From Alphaproteobacteria bacterium (lineage in GTDB: Bacteria > Pseudomonadota > Alphaproteobacteria > UBA8366 > GCA-2717185): a stretch of 64,000 nt of DNA. The position numbers were made by a program, and so were the translations under genes. Below the pieces are notes generated by a model. That model was not told where the DNA came from and searched no databases. It was given only the letters and a program-made list of their open reading frames with translations. Location of the stretch: contig JAPKDL010000001.1 of NCBI GenBank assembly GCA_028822585.1, positions 1,407-65,406 on the forward strand, read 5' to 3'. Shown here piece by piece: positions 38,148 to 48,346 of the stretch. The first letter of the stretch is position 1. Every line of letters starts with the position of its first letter.

Positions 38148-39788
38148 ATGCAGCGAACACGGATGACCAATTACGACGGAGCGCACGCCGCCTTTGACTG
38201 GTCATTACCGACACATTTTAATTTCGGTGGTGACGTCATTGACCACTTCGCTAAGGACCCTGCGCGCCTAGCGTTGATCTGGTGCGACGCCAGTGGGGCG
38301 GAACGCCGCTTCACCTTCGCCGACATTCGCCGCCTGTCGAACCACTTCGCCAATCTGTTGCGCGACCACGGCGTCGCGAAAGGCGATCGGGTTGTTGTCA
38401 TGCTGCCGCGCATTCCCGAATGGCAAATCGCCATGATAGGATGCCTGAAACTGGGTGCCGTGCCGATTCCCTGCATCACCATGTTGACGGAAAAGGATGT
38501 CACCTACCGCGTCGATCATTCCGCCGCCACCGCGGTGATTACGACGGTCGCCGACGCCGTGAAATTTGACGCCGAGGCGGCATTTAAGCTGCGCTGCGCT
38601 GTTGGCGACGGCACGCCAGACGGCTGGGTATCCTTTGACGACGCCGTCGCGGGGGAATCTGAGGACTTTAACCCGGTTCACATGGATATCGAAGACCCAG
38701 CGATCATGTACTATACGTCGGGATCGACCGGCGACCCCAAGGGCGTGACCCATGCCGCCCGCAGCTTGTTTGCGTGGCGGGTCTCGGCCTGGCACTGGCT
38801 GGATCTGGATGAAGACGATGTCATGTGGTGCACGGCGGATACGGGGTGGAGCAAGGCGGGCACCAGCGTCCTGTTCGGCCCGTGGAGCGTTGGCGCGACC
38901 GTGTTGTTTTATGACGGCCCGTTTGACCCGCGCGGCCGGTTTGATTTGTTGGCGACATACGGCGTGACGGTATTCTGCGCGGCGGCGACGGAACTGCGCC
39001 GGCTGGTACTGGAGGATATTTCCGGCGTCGATTTGTCGGCCTTGCGCCAGACCGTGTCAGCGGGTGAAACCGTAAACCCTGACGTGATTGAACGCTGGAC
39101 TGCGTTGACCGGCACGCCCCTGCTGGATGGATATGGGCTGACCGAAATATTGATGGTGATATTGAATTACCCCGCCTTGCCCGTGAAGCCGGGATCAATG
39201 GGAAAGCCACTGCCGGGCACGGACATTCTGGTCATTGACGACGACGACCGTCCACTCGGCGCCGGAGAGGTTGGCCGGTTGGTCATCCGCTTGCCGCACC
39301 CGCAGCTGATGCACGGTTATTGGAACGATCCGGATTTAACCGCATCCGCGTTTGTGGATATTGACGGCGTCCGGCATTTCATCACCAGCGACGTGGTCAG
39401 CGTGGACGAGGACGGATACGTGTTTTACCAGGGCCGTGCGGATGATGTGATCAACGCATCGGGTTATCGGATTGGACCGCTTGAGGTTGAAAACGTGTTA
39501 ATGGCGCATGAATCCGTGCAGGAATGCGCTGCGGTCGGCAGCCCCGATGCGGATCGCGGTGAAGTCGTGAAGGCTTTCGTGGTATTGAACCCGGGATTCA
39601 CCGGGGACGGCGCACTTGTACAGGCGCTACAAGATCACGCCAAGCAGTTGACGGCACCTTATAAATACCCCCGCAAGATTGACTTCGTCTTGGATTTGCC
39701 GAAAACAACGACGGGTAAAATACAGCGCGGAGTTTTACGTCGCGAAGAATACGAACACGGGGATATGAATAGGAGAACTACATGTTAA
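38148..39788 (+). CDS. AMP-dependent acyl-CoA synthetase/ligase
   Basis: AMP-binding motif YYTSGSTGDPKGV and C-terminal PKTTTGKIQR. 546 aa. Confidence 0.85.
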   Translation: MQRTRMTNYDGAHAAFDWSLPTHFNFGGDVIDHFAKDPARLALIWCDASGAERRFTFADIRRLSNHFANLLRDHGVAKGDRVVVMLPRIPEWQIAMIGCLKLGAVPIPCITMLTEKDVTYRVDHSAATAVITTVADAVKFDAEAAFKLRCAVGDGTPDGWVSFDDAVAGESEDFNPVHMDIEDPAIMYYTSGSTGDPKGVTHAARSLFAWRVSAWHWLDLDEDDVMWCTADTGWSKAGTSVLFGPWSVGATVLFYDGPFDPRGRFDLLATYGVTVFCAAATELRRLVLEDISGVDLSALRQTVSAGETVNPDVIERWTALTGTPLLDGYGLTEILMVILNYPALPVKPGSMGKPLPGTDILVIDDDDRPLGAGEVGRLVIRLPHPQLMHGYWNDPDLTASAFVDIDGVRHFITSDVVSVDEDGYVFYQGRADDVINASGYRIGPLEVENVLMAHESVQECAAVGSPDADRGEVVKAFVVLNPGFTGDGALVQALQDHAKQLTAPYKYPRKIDFVLDLPKTTTGKIQRGVLRREEYEHGDMNRRTTC

Positions 39789-40543
39789 GCGACGCTGAGA
39801 TCAAACAATATCACGAGGATGGCTACATCATTCCGGACTTCCATTTGTCGGATGAAGCTTTGGAAGATATTGGTGCGCGTCATGCGCGACTGGTGGAACA
39901 GCGCCCTGATTTCCGCAACTTCTGCCCGAGCCTTTTGGCCCATGACACGGCGTTTCTGGCTTATGCGCGTATCCCGGCGGTGCTTGATATGGTTGGGCAG
40001 GTGATCGGTCCAGATTTCGCGCTCTGGAATTCCAGCTTTTTCGCCAAACCCGCCCTTGATGGGCTGCGCACCCCCTGGCATCAGGATGGTGAATATTGGC
40101 CCGTACGTCCGTTGGCGACCTGCACTGTCTGGATTGCGATAGATGCAGCGACGCCTGAAAACGGTTGCCTGCGCGTGATTAAAGGGTCGCATAAGGACCA
40201 AAGGTTACGCCCGCATGATACCTATGACGGCGACGACGTGACACTGAAACAGGAATTGCAGGCGGACGAATACGACGAAAGCCAATCGGTTGATATCGTG
40301 CTGGAACGTGGCCAGGTTTCCCTGCACGACGTATACCTGCTGCACGAATCGCAAGCCAACACGTCTGAAAACTCCCGCCGAGGTATGACCTTGCGTTACA
40401 TGCCGACGACATCGGTGTTCGACCGCGATGTTGCGCACCAACAAGCCATCGACAAAGGTGTTGGCGACCATTCTGAACGCACGTTGTTTTTGATGCGCGG
40501 CGGCGACCCGTCGGGCAAAAACGATTTTCGTGTTCGGCTGTAA
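39782..40543 (+). CDS. Phytanoyl-CoA dioxygenase (PhyH) family Fe(II)/2-oxoglutarate oxygenase
   Basis: EDGYIIPDF N-terminus and the WHQDGEYW metal-binding H-x-D context. It overlaps the ligase gene by 7 nt and follows AGGAGA. Confidence 0.8.
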   Translation: MLSDAEIKQYHEDGYIIPDFHLSDEALEDIGARHARLVEQRPDFRNFCPSLLAHDTAFLAYARIPAVLDMVGQVIGPDFALWNSSFFAKPALDGLRTPWHQDGEYWPVRPLATCTVWIAIDAATPENGCLRVIKGSHKDQRLRPHDTYDGDDVTLKQELQADEYDESQSVDIVLERGQVSLHDVYLLHESQANTSENSRRGMTLRYMPTTSVFDRDVAHQQAIDKGVGDHSERTLFLMRGGDPSGKNDFRVRL

Positions 40544-40558
40544 TTGAGACGCCCCGTC

Positions 40559-41410
40559 ATGCCGGCGCCCGTCATCATCAAAAAACCTACGGGCAATCAT
40601 GCGCCGGTGGTGTTTGATTCGCCCCACAGCGGAACGCACTATCCCGATGATTTCGACTACGTTATCCCGTTGACCCGACTGCAATGGGCGGAGGACCCGC
40701 ATATCGACGAGATATTCGCCGCCGCCCCGGAGTCTGGCGCGACCCTGATCACCGCCACATTCCCGCGCACCTATATCGACCCGAACCGCGCGGCGACCGA
40801 CATTGACCCGGACCAGGTGGACGGCGACTGGCCGGGCTTCGAAGACGTTAGCCACCGGGCGAAGGCGGGCGTCGGGTTGATCCGGACCGCGTCGGGTCGT
40901 GACAAGACGCCAATTTACGAGCGCAAGCTGACCGTGGCGGAAGTCCAGGCGCGCATTGACGCCTATTGGACGCCTTACCACACGGCGGTGCGAGAGAGTT
41001 TAAACGATGCGCACACGCAATCCGGTGCCGTCTGGCATGTGAATTGCCATTCCATGTCCCGGTTTTGGCCTCCCGTCTATCAAAGAGCGGAACGGCGAAA
41101 CACCAATGACTACACGTTGGGCAACCGTGACGGCACAACCGCCGGCGTCGAGTTCACCGAATTTGTCCGTGCAACGCTGGCGGGGTTTGGGTTCAAAGTC
41201 GCGGTTAACGATGGACAAAAAGGCGTCGAGTTGGTCCGCGCCTACAGCGACCCTGCTGCTGAGCGCCATAGTCTCCAAATTGAAATCAACCAACGGCTCT
41301 ATTGGGATGGCAGGAGTCGGGAAAAAACCGACGGTTTCGATGAGCAAAAAAAAATCATGACATCCTTAATCCAGTCCATTTGCGACTATGCCCGCGCCCA
41401 AACGCGGTAA
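40559..41410 (+). CDS. N-formylglutamate amidohydrolase (FGase) family protein
   Basis: VVFDSPHSGTHYP... and VNCHSM motifs are characteristic of the FGase family. Start taken at ATG 40559. Confidence 0.75.
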   Translation: MPAPVIIKKPTGNHAPVVFDSPHSGTHYPDDFDYVIPLTRLQWAEDPHIDEIFAAAPESGATLITATFPRTYIDPNRAATDIDPDQVDGDWPGFEDVSHRAKAGVGLIRTASGRDKTPIYERKLTVAEVQARIDAYWTPYHTAVRESLNDAHTQSGAVWHVNCHSMSRFWPPVYQRAERRNTNDYTLGNRDGTTAGVEFTEFVRATLAGFGFKVAVNDGQKGVELVRAYSDPAAERHSLQIEINQRLYWDGRSREKTDGFDEQKKIMTSLIQSICDYARAQTR

Positions 41411-41509
41411 ATCCTCCACGCCAATTTAGGGATCAGGTTGACAGATCCGCGTTGAGCGCAAACAATTCCCGTTAATTCATTTCTCGACCACCTCTAATCA
41501 AGAAGAGCC

Positions 41510-42262
41510 ATGGGCAATTTGACCGGCAACGTCGCCGTGATTACAGGCGCGCAACAAGGCATTGGACGGGCTGTCGCCTTGGCGATGGCCAAAGAAGGTG
41601 CCCACGTCGTTGTGAACTATCTGGACAATGCGGACGCAGCCAGCGAAACAGCGGTGGCCGCGCGTGCGCTTGGGGTCAAGGCTAACGCGGTCAGCGCCGA
41701 CATATCCAAGCCGTCCGATGTCGAAATCTTGATGCAAGCCGCCGACGAGATGGGCGGCGTGTCGATCCTCGTCAATAACGCTGCAGTCTTTCCCCGCTCG
41801 TCCTTTTTGGAGTTGGCGGAATCCGAGTGGGATCTGGTTCTGGGCGTTAATTTGAAGGGCGCGTTTTTATGCGCGCAGGCCGCCGCCAATCGCATGGTTT
41901 CAGCGAAACAAGGCGGTGCCATCATCAATCTAACCTCCGGTGCCGCCTTCCGGGGCTCGCCACGTGGCGTGCATTATGTGTCTAGCAAGGCGGGCGTTGT
42001 CGGATTGACGCGGGCGACGGCGGTCGAGTTGGCGGCGCATAAAATCCGCGTCAACGCCATCGCGCCTGGACTGACCGACACCGCGCAACCGCGTTACGGC
42101 ATGACCGAAGACGAAATTTCCGAAAAAGCGGCCACCATCCCATTTCCCGGCCTGACCATGCCGGAAGATATCGCCGACGCCGCCGTGTTTCTGGCGTCCG
42201 ATTTGGCGTCCCGCATCAGCGGGCAGACCATCCACGTCAATGGTGGAGATTATCTCTACTGA
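41510..42262 (+). CDS. SDR-family oxidoreductase
   Basis: TGAQQGIGRAVA, NNAA, and S...YVSSKAGV (YxxxK). Confidence 0.85.
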   Translation: MGNLTGNVAVITGAQQGIGRAVALAMAKEGAHVVVNYLDNADAASETAVAARALGVKANAVSADISKPSDVEILMQAADEMGGVSILVNNAAVFPRSSFLELAESEWDLVLGVNLKGAFLCAQAAANRMVSAKQGGAIINLTSGAAFRGSPRGVHYVSSKAGVVGLTRATAVELAAHKIRVNAIAPGLTDTAQPRYGMTEDEISEKAATIPFPGLTMPEDIADAAVFLASDLASRISGQTIHVNGGDYLY

Positions 42263-42306
42263 ACTAATCGCCTACTGGCCTAATCTAGTATGAAAGGAAC
42301 GACCCC

Positions 42307-43536
42307 ATGAACGCAATAACGCCTGATTCCTTGCCGGCGCTAAACGGCATCAAGGTGCTTGACCTGACGCAATTCGAAGCGGGGCCATCCTGCACCGAAG
42401 CCCTGGCCTGGTTGGGCGCCACGGTGGTGAAGGTGGAGGAACCGAAACGCGGCGAGCCCGGACGTTGGGGGTTTTCCAACCGGCCCGACGCTGACGCGCA
42501 TTATTTCATCTTTTATAACCTTAACAAACAAAGCGTCACCTGCAATCTGAAGTCCGATGAAGGAAAGGCGCTGTTGACGCGATTGATCGGCGAGGTCGAC
42601 ATCGTAATTGAAAATATGGCGCCGGGCACCTTCGCCCGCCTTGGCTTCGATTATGAAACCATCAGCAAAATCAACCCGCGCGCCATCTTCGCCCAGGTCA
42701 AAGGCTTTTCGCCCAAAAGCCCGCACAAGGACTATCTGGCGTTTGACATGATCGCGCAGGCGACCGGCGGCACCATGGGCGTGAACGGCCCGGCCGGTGA
42801 AGCGCCGATCAAACCCGGTCCGACGATTGGCGACACCGGCACTGGCATGTTGTGCTGCATAGGTATTCTGGGCGCATTGTTCCAACGGGTCACGACAGGC
42901 AGGGGCCAGCACATTCAAATCGCTATGCGCGACGCGATGATCAACTATTGCCGCACGCCGATGAGCCGCCAATCGGCGCTCGACGAAGGCGTGCTGCCGC
43001 GCGCAGGCAATGAAATAATCGGCACCTCGCCGGGTGGCCTCTACGCCTGCAAAGGCGGCGGCACGGATGATTACTGCTACATCTTCGCCTCACGCGGCAA
43101 CGAAGACCATTGGACGCGCCTGGCCAAGGCTATCGGCCGCGCCGACCTTATCGACGATCCGCGCCTGCAAACCGGCGAGGACCGTTATGAACACAAGAAG
43201 GTTGTGAACGACGCCATCACCGAATGGACCCTGCAGCACACTAAGGAAGATGTCATGGAGATCATTGCCAGCGCCAAAGTGCCCTGCGGCGCGGTCTTCA
43301 ATACCCTTGAATTGCTGAATGATTCAGATTTGCATGATCGCGGCATGATGACTAAAATTGACCATCCGGTGCGTGGCGAAGTCACTGTGTCGGGCTGGCC
43401 GGTCAACATGTCCGACAGCCATGTGCCGATCACAACATCGCCCCTGCATGGCGGTGACAACGAAGCGATCTATGGCGATTGGCTTGGCATTTCTCCCGAA
43501 GACGTGAAAGCCATGCGTGAAAACGGCGTCATCTAA
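42307..43536 (+). CDS. CaiB/BaiF family (class III) CoA-transferase
   Basis: LNGIKVLDLTQFEAGPSCTEALAWLGATVVKVE and the downstream pattern are typical of formyl-CoA-transferase-like enzymes. 409 aa. Confidence 0.9.
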   Translation: MNAITPDSLPALNGIKVLDLTQFEAGPSCTEALAWLGATVVKVEEPKRGEPGRWGFSNRPDADAHYFIFYNLNKQSVTCNLKSDEGKALLTRLIGEVDIVIENMAPGTFARLGFDYETISKINPRAIFAQVKGFSPKSPHKDYLAFDMIAQATGGTMGVNGPAGEAPIKPGPTIGDTGTGMLCCIGILGALFQRVTTGRGQHIQIAMRDAMINYCRTPMSRQSALDEGVLPRAGNEIIGTSPGGLYACKGGGTDDYCYIFASRGNEDHWTRLAKAIGRADLIDDPRLQTGEDRYEHKKVVNDAITEWTLQHTKEDVMEIIASAKVPCGAVFNTLELLNDSDLHDRGMMTKIDHPVRGEVTVSGWPVNMSDSHVPITTSPLHGGDNEAIYGDWLGISPEDVKAMRENGVI

Positions 43537-43553
43537 ACACTGACGAAACCCGC

Positions 43554-43590
43554 CGCCCCGTCCAGGCTTGTGCTTGGATGGGGCGATTTT
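43554..43590 (+). terminator. Candidate intrinsic terminator after the CoA-transferase gene
   Basis: CGCCCCGTCCA / TGGATGGGGCG forms an 11-bp stem (one G-U pair) around a 10-nt loop, followed by ATTTT. It lies 18 nt after the stop codon. Confidence 0.55.
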
Positions 43591-43634
43591 GGGCATAAAT
43601 GACGACGCCTACAAATTGTGCTATAATAAAACCC

Positions 43635-43942
43635 ATGAGCAATTTGAAACCAAATCCATTAACCCTTGATGAGGCGACCAAACAGGCAACTACGGAACCG
43701 GACGTCGAGGTTCAGGCATGGCAGGATGAGCAAACCCGGCAGAGGCTCAAAGAAGGCCTAATCTCCGTGGGGCTGATCTAATTGCAGCGGATTTTAGGAT
43801 AGCCAATCTTAGTGGAGCGAACCTCTGCAAGGCAATAAATTTAACCCAAGCTCAACTCGATGAAGCCTGTGTCGAGAAAGGTGGCAACCCACGCCAATTA
43901 CTAAAGGGCCTGACGTCTCCATCGAATTTTTTGCAAGAGTAG
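43635..43942 (+). pseudogene. Small pentapeptide-repeat protein, apparently frameshifted
   Basis: The N-terminal part (MSNLKPNPLTLDEATKQ...RLKEG) is in one frame. The pentapeptide text NLRGADLIAADFRIANLSGANLCKAINLTQAQLDEAC continues in the +1 frame to TAG 43940-43942, and that frame has no start codon. Confidence 0.45.
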
Positions 43943-43952
43943 CCCGCACCAC

Positions 43953-44645
43953 TCACCCCATCGCTTGCGCCTCGCCGCCAAACCTCCGTTGCAACTCGGC
44001 CACCACATCGTCGAGCGATTCCACGTCGGCCATTTTCATGTCCATGTCGAACAGGTTTGCTTTGTGCGCGGTAGCGCTACGGTCGCCGCAGGCATCTTCG
44101 GCGACGATGACGCGGAAATTGTGGGAAAATGCGTCATGGGCGCCGGCGCGAATGCAGCCGCTGGTGGACACGCCGCATATCACCAAGGTGTCTACATTGT
44201 CATAACGCAGGAAGGATTCCAGCGGCGTCTGGAAAAAACACGACGCTTTGTTCTTGTACACAATCACGTCCTGTTCGCGGGGCGCATAGGCGTCCGGCCA
44301 TTCATCGGCGCGCGGGTCGCGGCTGTAGATGAAGTCGTCTGCAATGCCGAGTTTGTCATTCCACATGCCGCGCCGGATCGGGTGGCTGCGATCGTCGCGG
44401 CGGCTGTAATAGATCGGCAGGCTGAGGTTGCGGAAGGTTTCCGTCAAGTGGGTGAGGGCGGCGATCAAGGCGGGGTCTTCGCCGCCGCATTGCGGATAGG
44501 CGGGATCGACGAACATATGCGTCGTGTCGATGTTCAATAACGCCACGCGCGCGCCCATGCCGACCGATTCGCCGAACTTGCCCTTGGCGTAGGTCGCCAG
44601 TTCATCCGCGGGCAGATAATCTGCCCATTTGTCGATCTTGCTCAT
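43953..44645 (-). CDS. Isochorismatase-family cysteine hydrolase
   Basis: ALLNIDTTHMFVD (catalytic Asp context) and LVICGVSTSGCIRA (nucleophile Cys) motifs. ATG 44645 lies downstream of AAGGA. Confidence 0.8.
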   Translation of the reverse strand: MSKIDKWADYLPADELATYAKGKFGESVGMGARVALLNIDTTHMFVDPAYPQCGGEDPALIAALTHLTETFRNLSLPIYYSRRDDRSHPIRRGMWNDKLGIADDFIYSRDPRADEWPDAYAPREQDVIVYKNKASCFFQTPLESFLRYDNVDTLVICGVSTSGCIRAGAHDAFSHNFRVIVAEDACGDRSATAHKANLFDMDMKMADVESLDDVVAELQRRFGGEAQAMG

Positions 44646-44787
44646 AAAATATATCCTTACCAAATGCCTGAGTATGGAAACCGTAAACCGTTGGGAGTAC
44701 CGTGTACATGAATGTCGCACGTACCGAAATCATCAATTATGCGGGTCCCGACGCCGTCAATACGATGGCGACTAAATTCCTGAGTCT

Positions 44788-46386
44788 CTAGCCGCCCATT
44801 CGCGTCGCCGCCATGTCGCGTAGGGCGGCGCGCTGAATTTTGAACCCGTTGGCGCTTTTGGTGGTGGGGAATTCATCGAGAGGAAACAGCCGCACCGGTG
44901 CCTTGAACCGGGCCAGCGAGTCCAGGCAATACTGGCGCAACGACTCTTCGTTGAAATCCGCGCCTGGTGCTGGAATCACGAATCCGACCGGCTTGTCGCC
45001 GGCCTCCGTGCGCACGCCCACCACCTGGCACCCCGCCACATCGGGATGGGTTTGCAAATGCGCTTCAATTTCTGCCGGGCTGACCAGAAACCCACCCAGC
45101 CGTAGCACGTCGCCCATGCGTTGCAGAAATATAAAGCGCCCATCACAGCACATTTCACCCAAATCGCCGGTGCGTAGAAAGCCGTCGTCGGTGAAGGCGT
45201 CGGCTGTGGCGTCCGGATTGTTGTAATACCCCAACATCAGGCTGGGGCCTTTAAGCTCCAACTCGCCCGCCTGACCCGGCGGTAATAATGCGCCGCTATC
45301 AGGGTCGCGCACCCGCGCTTGCGCCTTATCTGACGCCATCGCACCGCCTCCGGCGATCCGGTCCAGCAAGGGCAGATGCATGGGTTGTAGCGAGAACAGC
45401 GCCTGCACCTCGCTCATTCCATATAAGCCCGTCATTGGAATGCCGCGTGACTCCGCGAGCGTCGCCAGTTCCGCATAATTGGTGGCGAAGGCCGCCGAAC
45501 CAACAAAGCGCAAGTTCGGCATCGGGCGTTCCGCGTCACTGGCGTTCAGAATTGCCTGGATCATATCGTCGGTCGCGTTGAAATTGACCACGTTGTGGCG
45601 CGCCGCCAAATTAATCGCCGCCACAGGATCGAAGGAAGAGGTCAGGACGGTCGGTTGGCCGGACGCCAACCCCGCCATCATCTGGACAAAACCGAAAACG
45701 CCACACAAGGGCAGCATTTGCAGCAACGCGCCATTGGGTTCCGAATAGCCGAAATAATCCGCAACCGTGCGGGCGTGGCGTGCAATTCCACCCTGGCCAT
45801 GAAGGACGAATTTTGGCGCGCTGGTGGTGCCCGACGTAGTGAAGATGTTGCTGCCGGTTTCCGAACCCGCCAGGTTTTCCACAAGTGGCGGGCGCGCCAG
45901 CACGTCATCGGCGTTCACCACCCGGCAATGTTGAACCGATGCGGGCGGCAGCGCGCCTTGCTCCCCTTCATTGTAAAGGATCAGCGTTTCAAGCCGTTCC
46001 AACGCCACCGAATCAACATCTTCTAGGAGGCCGAGAAAATCGATGTGGCGAAACCTTGGCCACATCGCAAGAATTTTTGCTCCGGACCGCCCCATGATGT
46101 CGGAGACTTCGCCCGAGCGGTATCGCGTGTTGACCGCCACCGCGATGGCGCCCAAGCGGCAACACCCCAGATATAAAGCCAGATAGGCTGGGCAATTCGG
46201 CAACCAGAACGCCACCCGGTCGCCCGGGCCCACGCCCAAATCCTGCAATCCCTGCGCCGCGCGCTTTCCCATGTCCGACAACGCGGCGTAGGTAATGACG
46301 CGCGGATCATAAATGACCGCCGCCTCATTGGGCTTCGCAGCGGCGAAACCATCGATCAGGTCGGCTACTGTCACGTTCTCTACCAA
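44788..46386 (-). CDS. AMP-dependent synthetase/ligase (acyl- or aryl-CoA ligase)
   Basis: AMP-binding motif FTTSGTTSAPKFV, YGMSE, and the C-terminal TGD context (RTGDLGE). TTG start overlaps the upstream gene by 7 nt. Confidence 0.85.
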   Translation of the reverse strand: MVENVTVADLIDGFAAAKPNEAAVIYDPRVITYAALSDMGKRAAQGLQDLGVGPGDRVAFWLPNCPAYLALYLGCCRLGAIAVAVNTRYRSGEVSDIMGRSGAKILAMWPRFRHIDFLGLLEDVDSVALERLETLILYNEGEQGALPPASVQHCRVVNADDVLARPPLVENLAGSETGSNIFTTSGTTSAPKFVLHGQGGIARHARTVADYFGYSEPNGALLQMLPLCGVFGFVQMMAGLASGQPTVLTSSFDPVAAINLAARHNVVNFNATDDMIQAILNASDAERPMPNLRFVGSAAFATNYAELATLAESRGIPMTGLYGMSEVQALFSLQPMHLPLLDRIAGGGAMASDKAQARVRDPDSGALLPPGQAGELELKGPSLMLGYYNNPDATADAFTDDGFLRTGDLGEMCCDGRFIFLQRMGDVLRLGGFLVSPAEIEAHLQTHPDVAGCQVVGVRTEAGDKPVGFVIPAPGADFNEESLRQYCLDSLARFKAPVRLFPLDEFPTTKSANGFKIQRAALRDMAATRMGG

Positions 46387-47267
46387 GTTTCGCCTTTCAG
46401 GTAATGATCAACAATTTCCGATCCTGTCGCCTTCCAGACGCCCGCATGGGAACAAATATATTCCAGCGCGCGGTCCAGCGCGCCAATCCGGTGCGGTTGC
46501 CCGATGATGTACGGGTGTAGGCAGATCGCCATGACGCGCCCGGACTCTGCCCCTTCGCGGTACAACACATCGAACTGATCCTTCATCATCCGTTCAAATT
46601 CGCCCGGTGTGTATTGGTTCCGTCCAATTGCGGATGAATCATTGGTCTCGAAAGAATACGGCAGATAGGTCAGAGGCTTGCCGCCGATGTCCATCATGTA
46701 GGGTTGGTCGTCATTGACCCAGTCGGACACGTACCGGCAGCCTTCTTCGGCCAAATAGTCCAGGGTGTCCCAGGTTTCGTGCAACCCGGACCCCAGCCAA
46801 CCCGCAGGACGTTTGCCTGTGGCTTCGGTGATTTTGGCCAGGGTTTGATGGATATATTCCCGTTCGGTTTCCGGTGGAATTTCACTCAACCGGTGCATGT
46901 TGCCCTGGCAATGCCCCATGAATTCCCAATCAAGTTTCATGCAATCTTCGATAATTTCGGGAAAGGCGTCGCAAACGTTACTGTTCAGCGACACCGTGCC
47001 GCGAACGCCATGTTTTTCCATCACCTCCATTATGCGGAAAACACCGACCCGATTGCCGTAATCCCGCACGCCCCATTCGCGCACCATGGGGGTGTACCCC
47101 GCCCCACCCGGTCGACTAAAATTGTCGCCTGGCAAGGCTTCGTCCAAGGCGAAATATTCAATATTCGGCGCTACCCACAACGCGACGCGCGCATCATTTG
47201 GCCAGGTTATTTTTGGACGGCGGTTCACCGCCGAATATTTAAACGGTCCGTAAGAACGTGGCTCCAT
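46380..47267 (-). CDS. Polysaccharide deacetylase-family (PuuE-like) hydrolase
   Basis: RPKITWPNDARVALWVAPNIEYF and the NodB-like fold pattern. ATG 47267 follows GGGAG. Confidence 0.75.
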   Translation of the reverse strand: MEPRSYGPFKYSAVNRRPKITWPNDARVALWVAPNIEYFALDEALPGDNFSRPGGAGYTPMVREWGVRDYGNRVGVFRIMEVMEKHGVRGTVSLNSNVCDAFPEIIEDCMKLDWEFMGHCQGNMHRLSEIPPETEREYIHQTLAKITEATGKRPAGWLGSGLHETWDTLDYLAEEGCRYVSDWVNDDQPYMMDIGGKPLTYLPYSFETNDSSAIGRNQYTPGEFERMMKDQFDVLYREGAESGRVMAICLHPYIIGQPHRIGALDRALEYICSHAGVWKATGSEIVDHYLKGETW

Positions 47268-47299
47268 ATCGTTTAACTCCCTTTATCTAATGCTGTCTC

Positions 47300-48346
47300 T
47301 TACGTAGCGTCGATCCGGTACACCCGCGCAGCCGTGTCGTGAAATAGTTGCGCCTTTTCACTGTCGGAACAGCCGGACGCGATGCGCTTGAAGGTATTCC
47401 ACAACACCGGATAGCTGCAGTTCACCTTGTCGACGGGAAAATTTGATTCGAATAAGCATCGGCTGGGCCCAAAATGTTCGATGCAATGATCGTAATAAAC
47501 CCGCGTAGCCGCCGCCAATTCTTCGCTGCTGGGTGCCTTGTCCCGTTTGTCCCAATCATAGCCATTGGCCCGCATGTTGATCCCGCCCAATTTCGCGACC
47601 ACGTTCGGACAGGCCGCCAATTCTTCTGTGTCGCGGCGCCATTGCGGCAGACATTCGTCGCGTTTGCCCGCGTACGGACCAATGCCCAGGGGTCCGCCAA
47701 AGTGGTTTAGGATGATCGTGGTGTCCGGGAACGCGCGGGCCAGCGCCGTCACTTCCGGAATTTGCCGATGATAACACCAGCCTTCGAAACTCATATTCAA
47801 CGGTGCCAGGCGGGCAAAACCCGCGCGGAAAGTCGCATCTGCCAACATGCCTTGGGACGGGTTGGTGTGGGAATTACGAACATCGGGGCTTGGGTCCCAG
47901 GACGCCGCGTGTCGAACCCCACGAAACCGCCCGCCACCCGCCGCAATATGGGCCTCCAGTACAGACGCGGCGCCATCACCCAGCATCAAATCCGCAAATC
48001 CGATGATTGCAGCGGCGATACGAGTCGGTCCATAGAGGCCGGATGCGCTCATCGCCGCCACGCCGTTGACGAATTCCGTCTCCCCCACAGGCCGCAATTC
48101 CGCCGGCCCGTCTTCGCGGTACATGGATGCGCACTCGATGAACACCGTGGATACCACATTGTGTCCACTGCCCAAATCAGCCCGCAGTTCATCCAGCAGA
48201 TAACGCGGCTCCACCTGTTCTTTGCGGAAATTAGCACTGTCCGCCATGCCTGTGTCCCACAAATGGTGGTGCGGGTCACAGATCGGCAACTCTGGCTCCA
48301 GAATTTCTTCCACCGTTGTCGCGAGCCAATCTTCGTTCAACCCCAT
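47300..48346 (-). CDS. Amidohydrolase-2 family (TIM-barrel metal-dependent hydrolase/decarboxylase)
   Basis: ICDPHHHLWD metal-binding N-terminal motif and the C-terminal FESNFPVD. ATG 48346 follows GGGAGG. Confidence 0.8.
   Translation of the reverse strand: MGLNEDWLATTVEEILEPELPICDPHHHLWDTGMADSANFRKEQVEPRYLLDELRADLGSGHNVVSTVFIECASMYREDGPAELRPVGETEFVNGVAAMSASGLYGPTRIAAAIIGFADLMLGDGAASVLEAHIAAGGGRFRGVRHAASWDPSPDVRNSHTNPSQGMLADATFRAGFARLAPLNMSFEGWCYHRQIPEVTALARAFPDTTIILNHFGGPLGIGPYAGKRDECLPQWRRDTEELAACPNVVAKLGGINMRANGYDWDKRDKAPSSEELAAATRVYYDHCIEHFGPSRCLFESNFPVDKVNCSYPVLWNTFKRIASGCSDSEKAQLFHDTAARVYRIDAT

Noticed and set aside
40205-40981. Long antisense ORFs. Examples are 40205-40981 (258 aa), 54305-55348 (347 aa), 42340-42972, 47762-48430, 25194-25913 and 1973-2692.
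   Set aside because: Each lies entirely opposite a gene with clear family motifs. Their translations are Arg/Ala/Gly/Pro-rich and of low complexity, as is typical of the antisense strand of GC-rich coding DNA.
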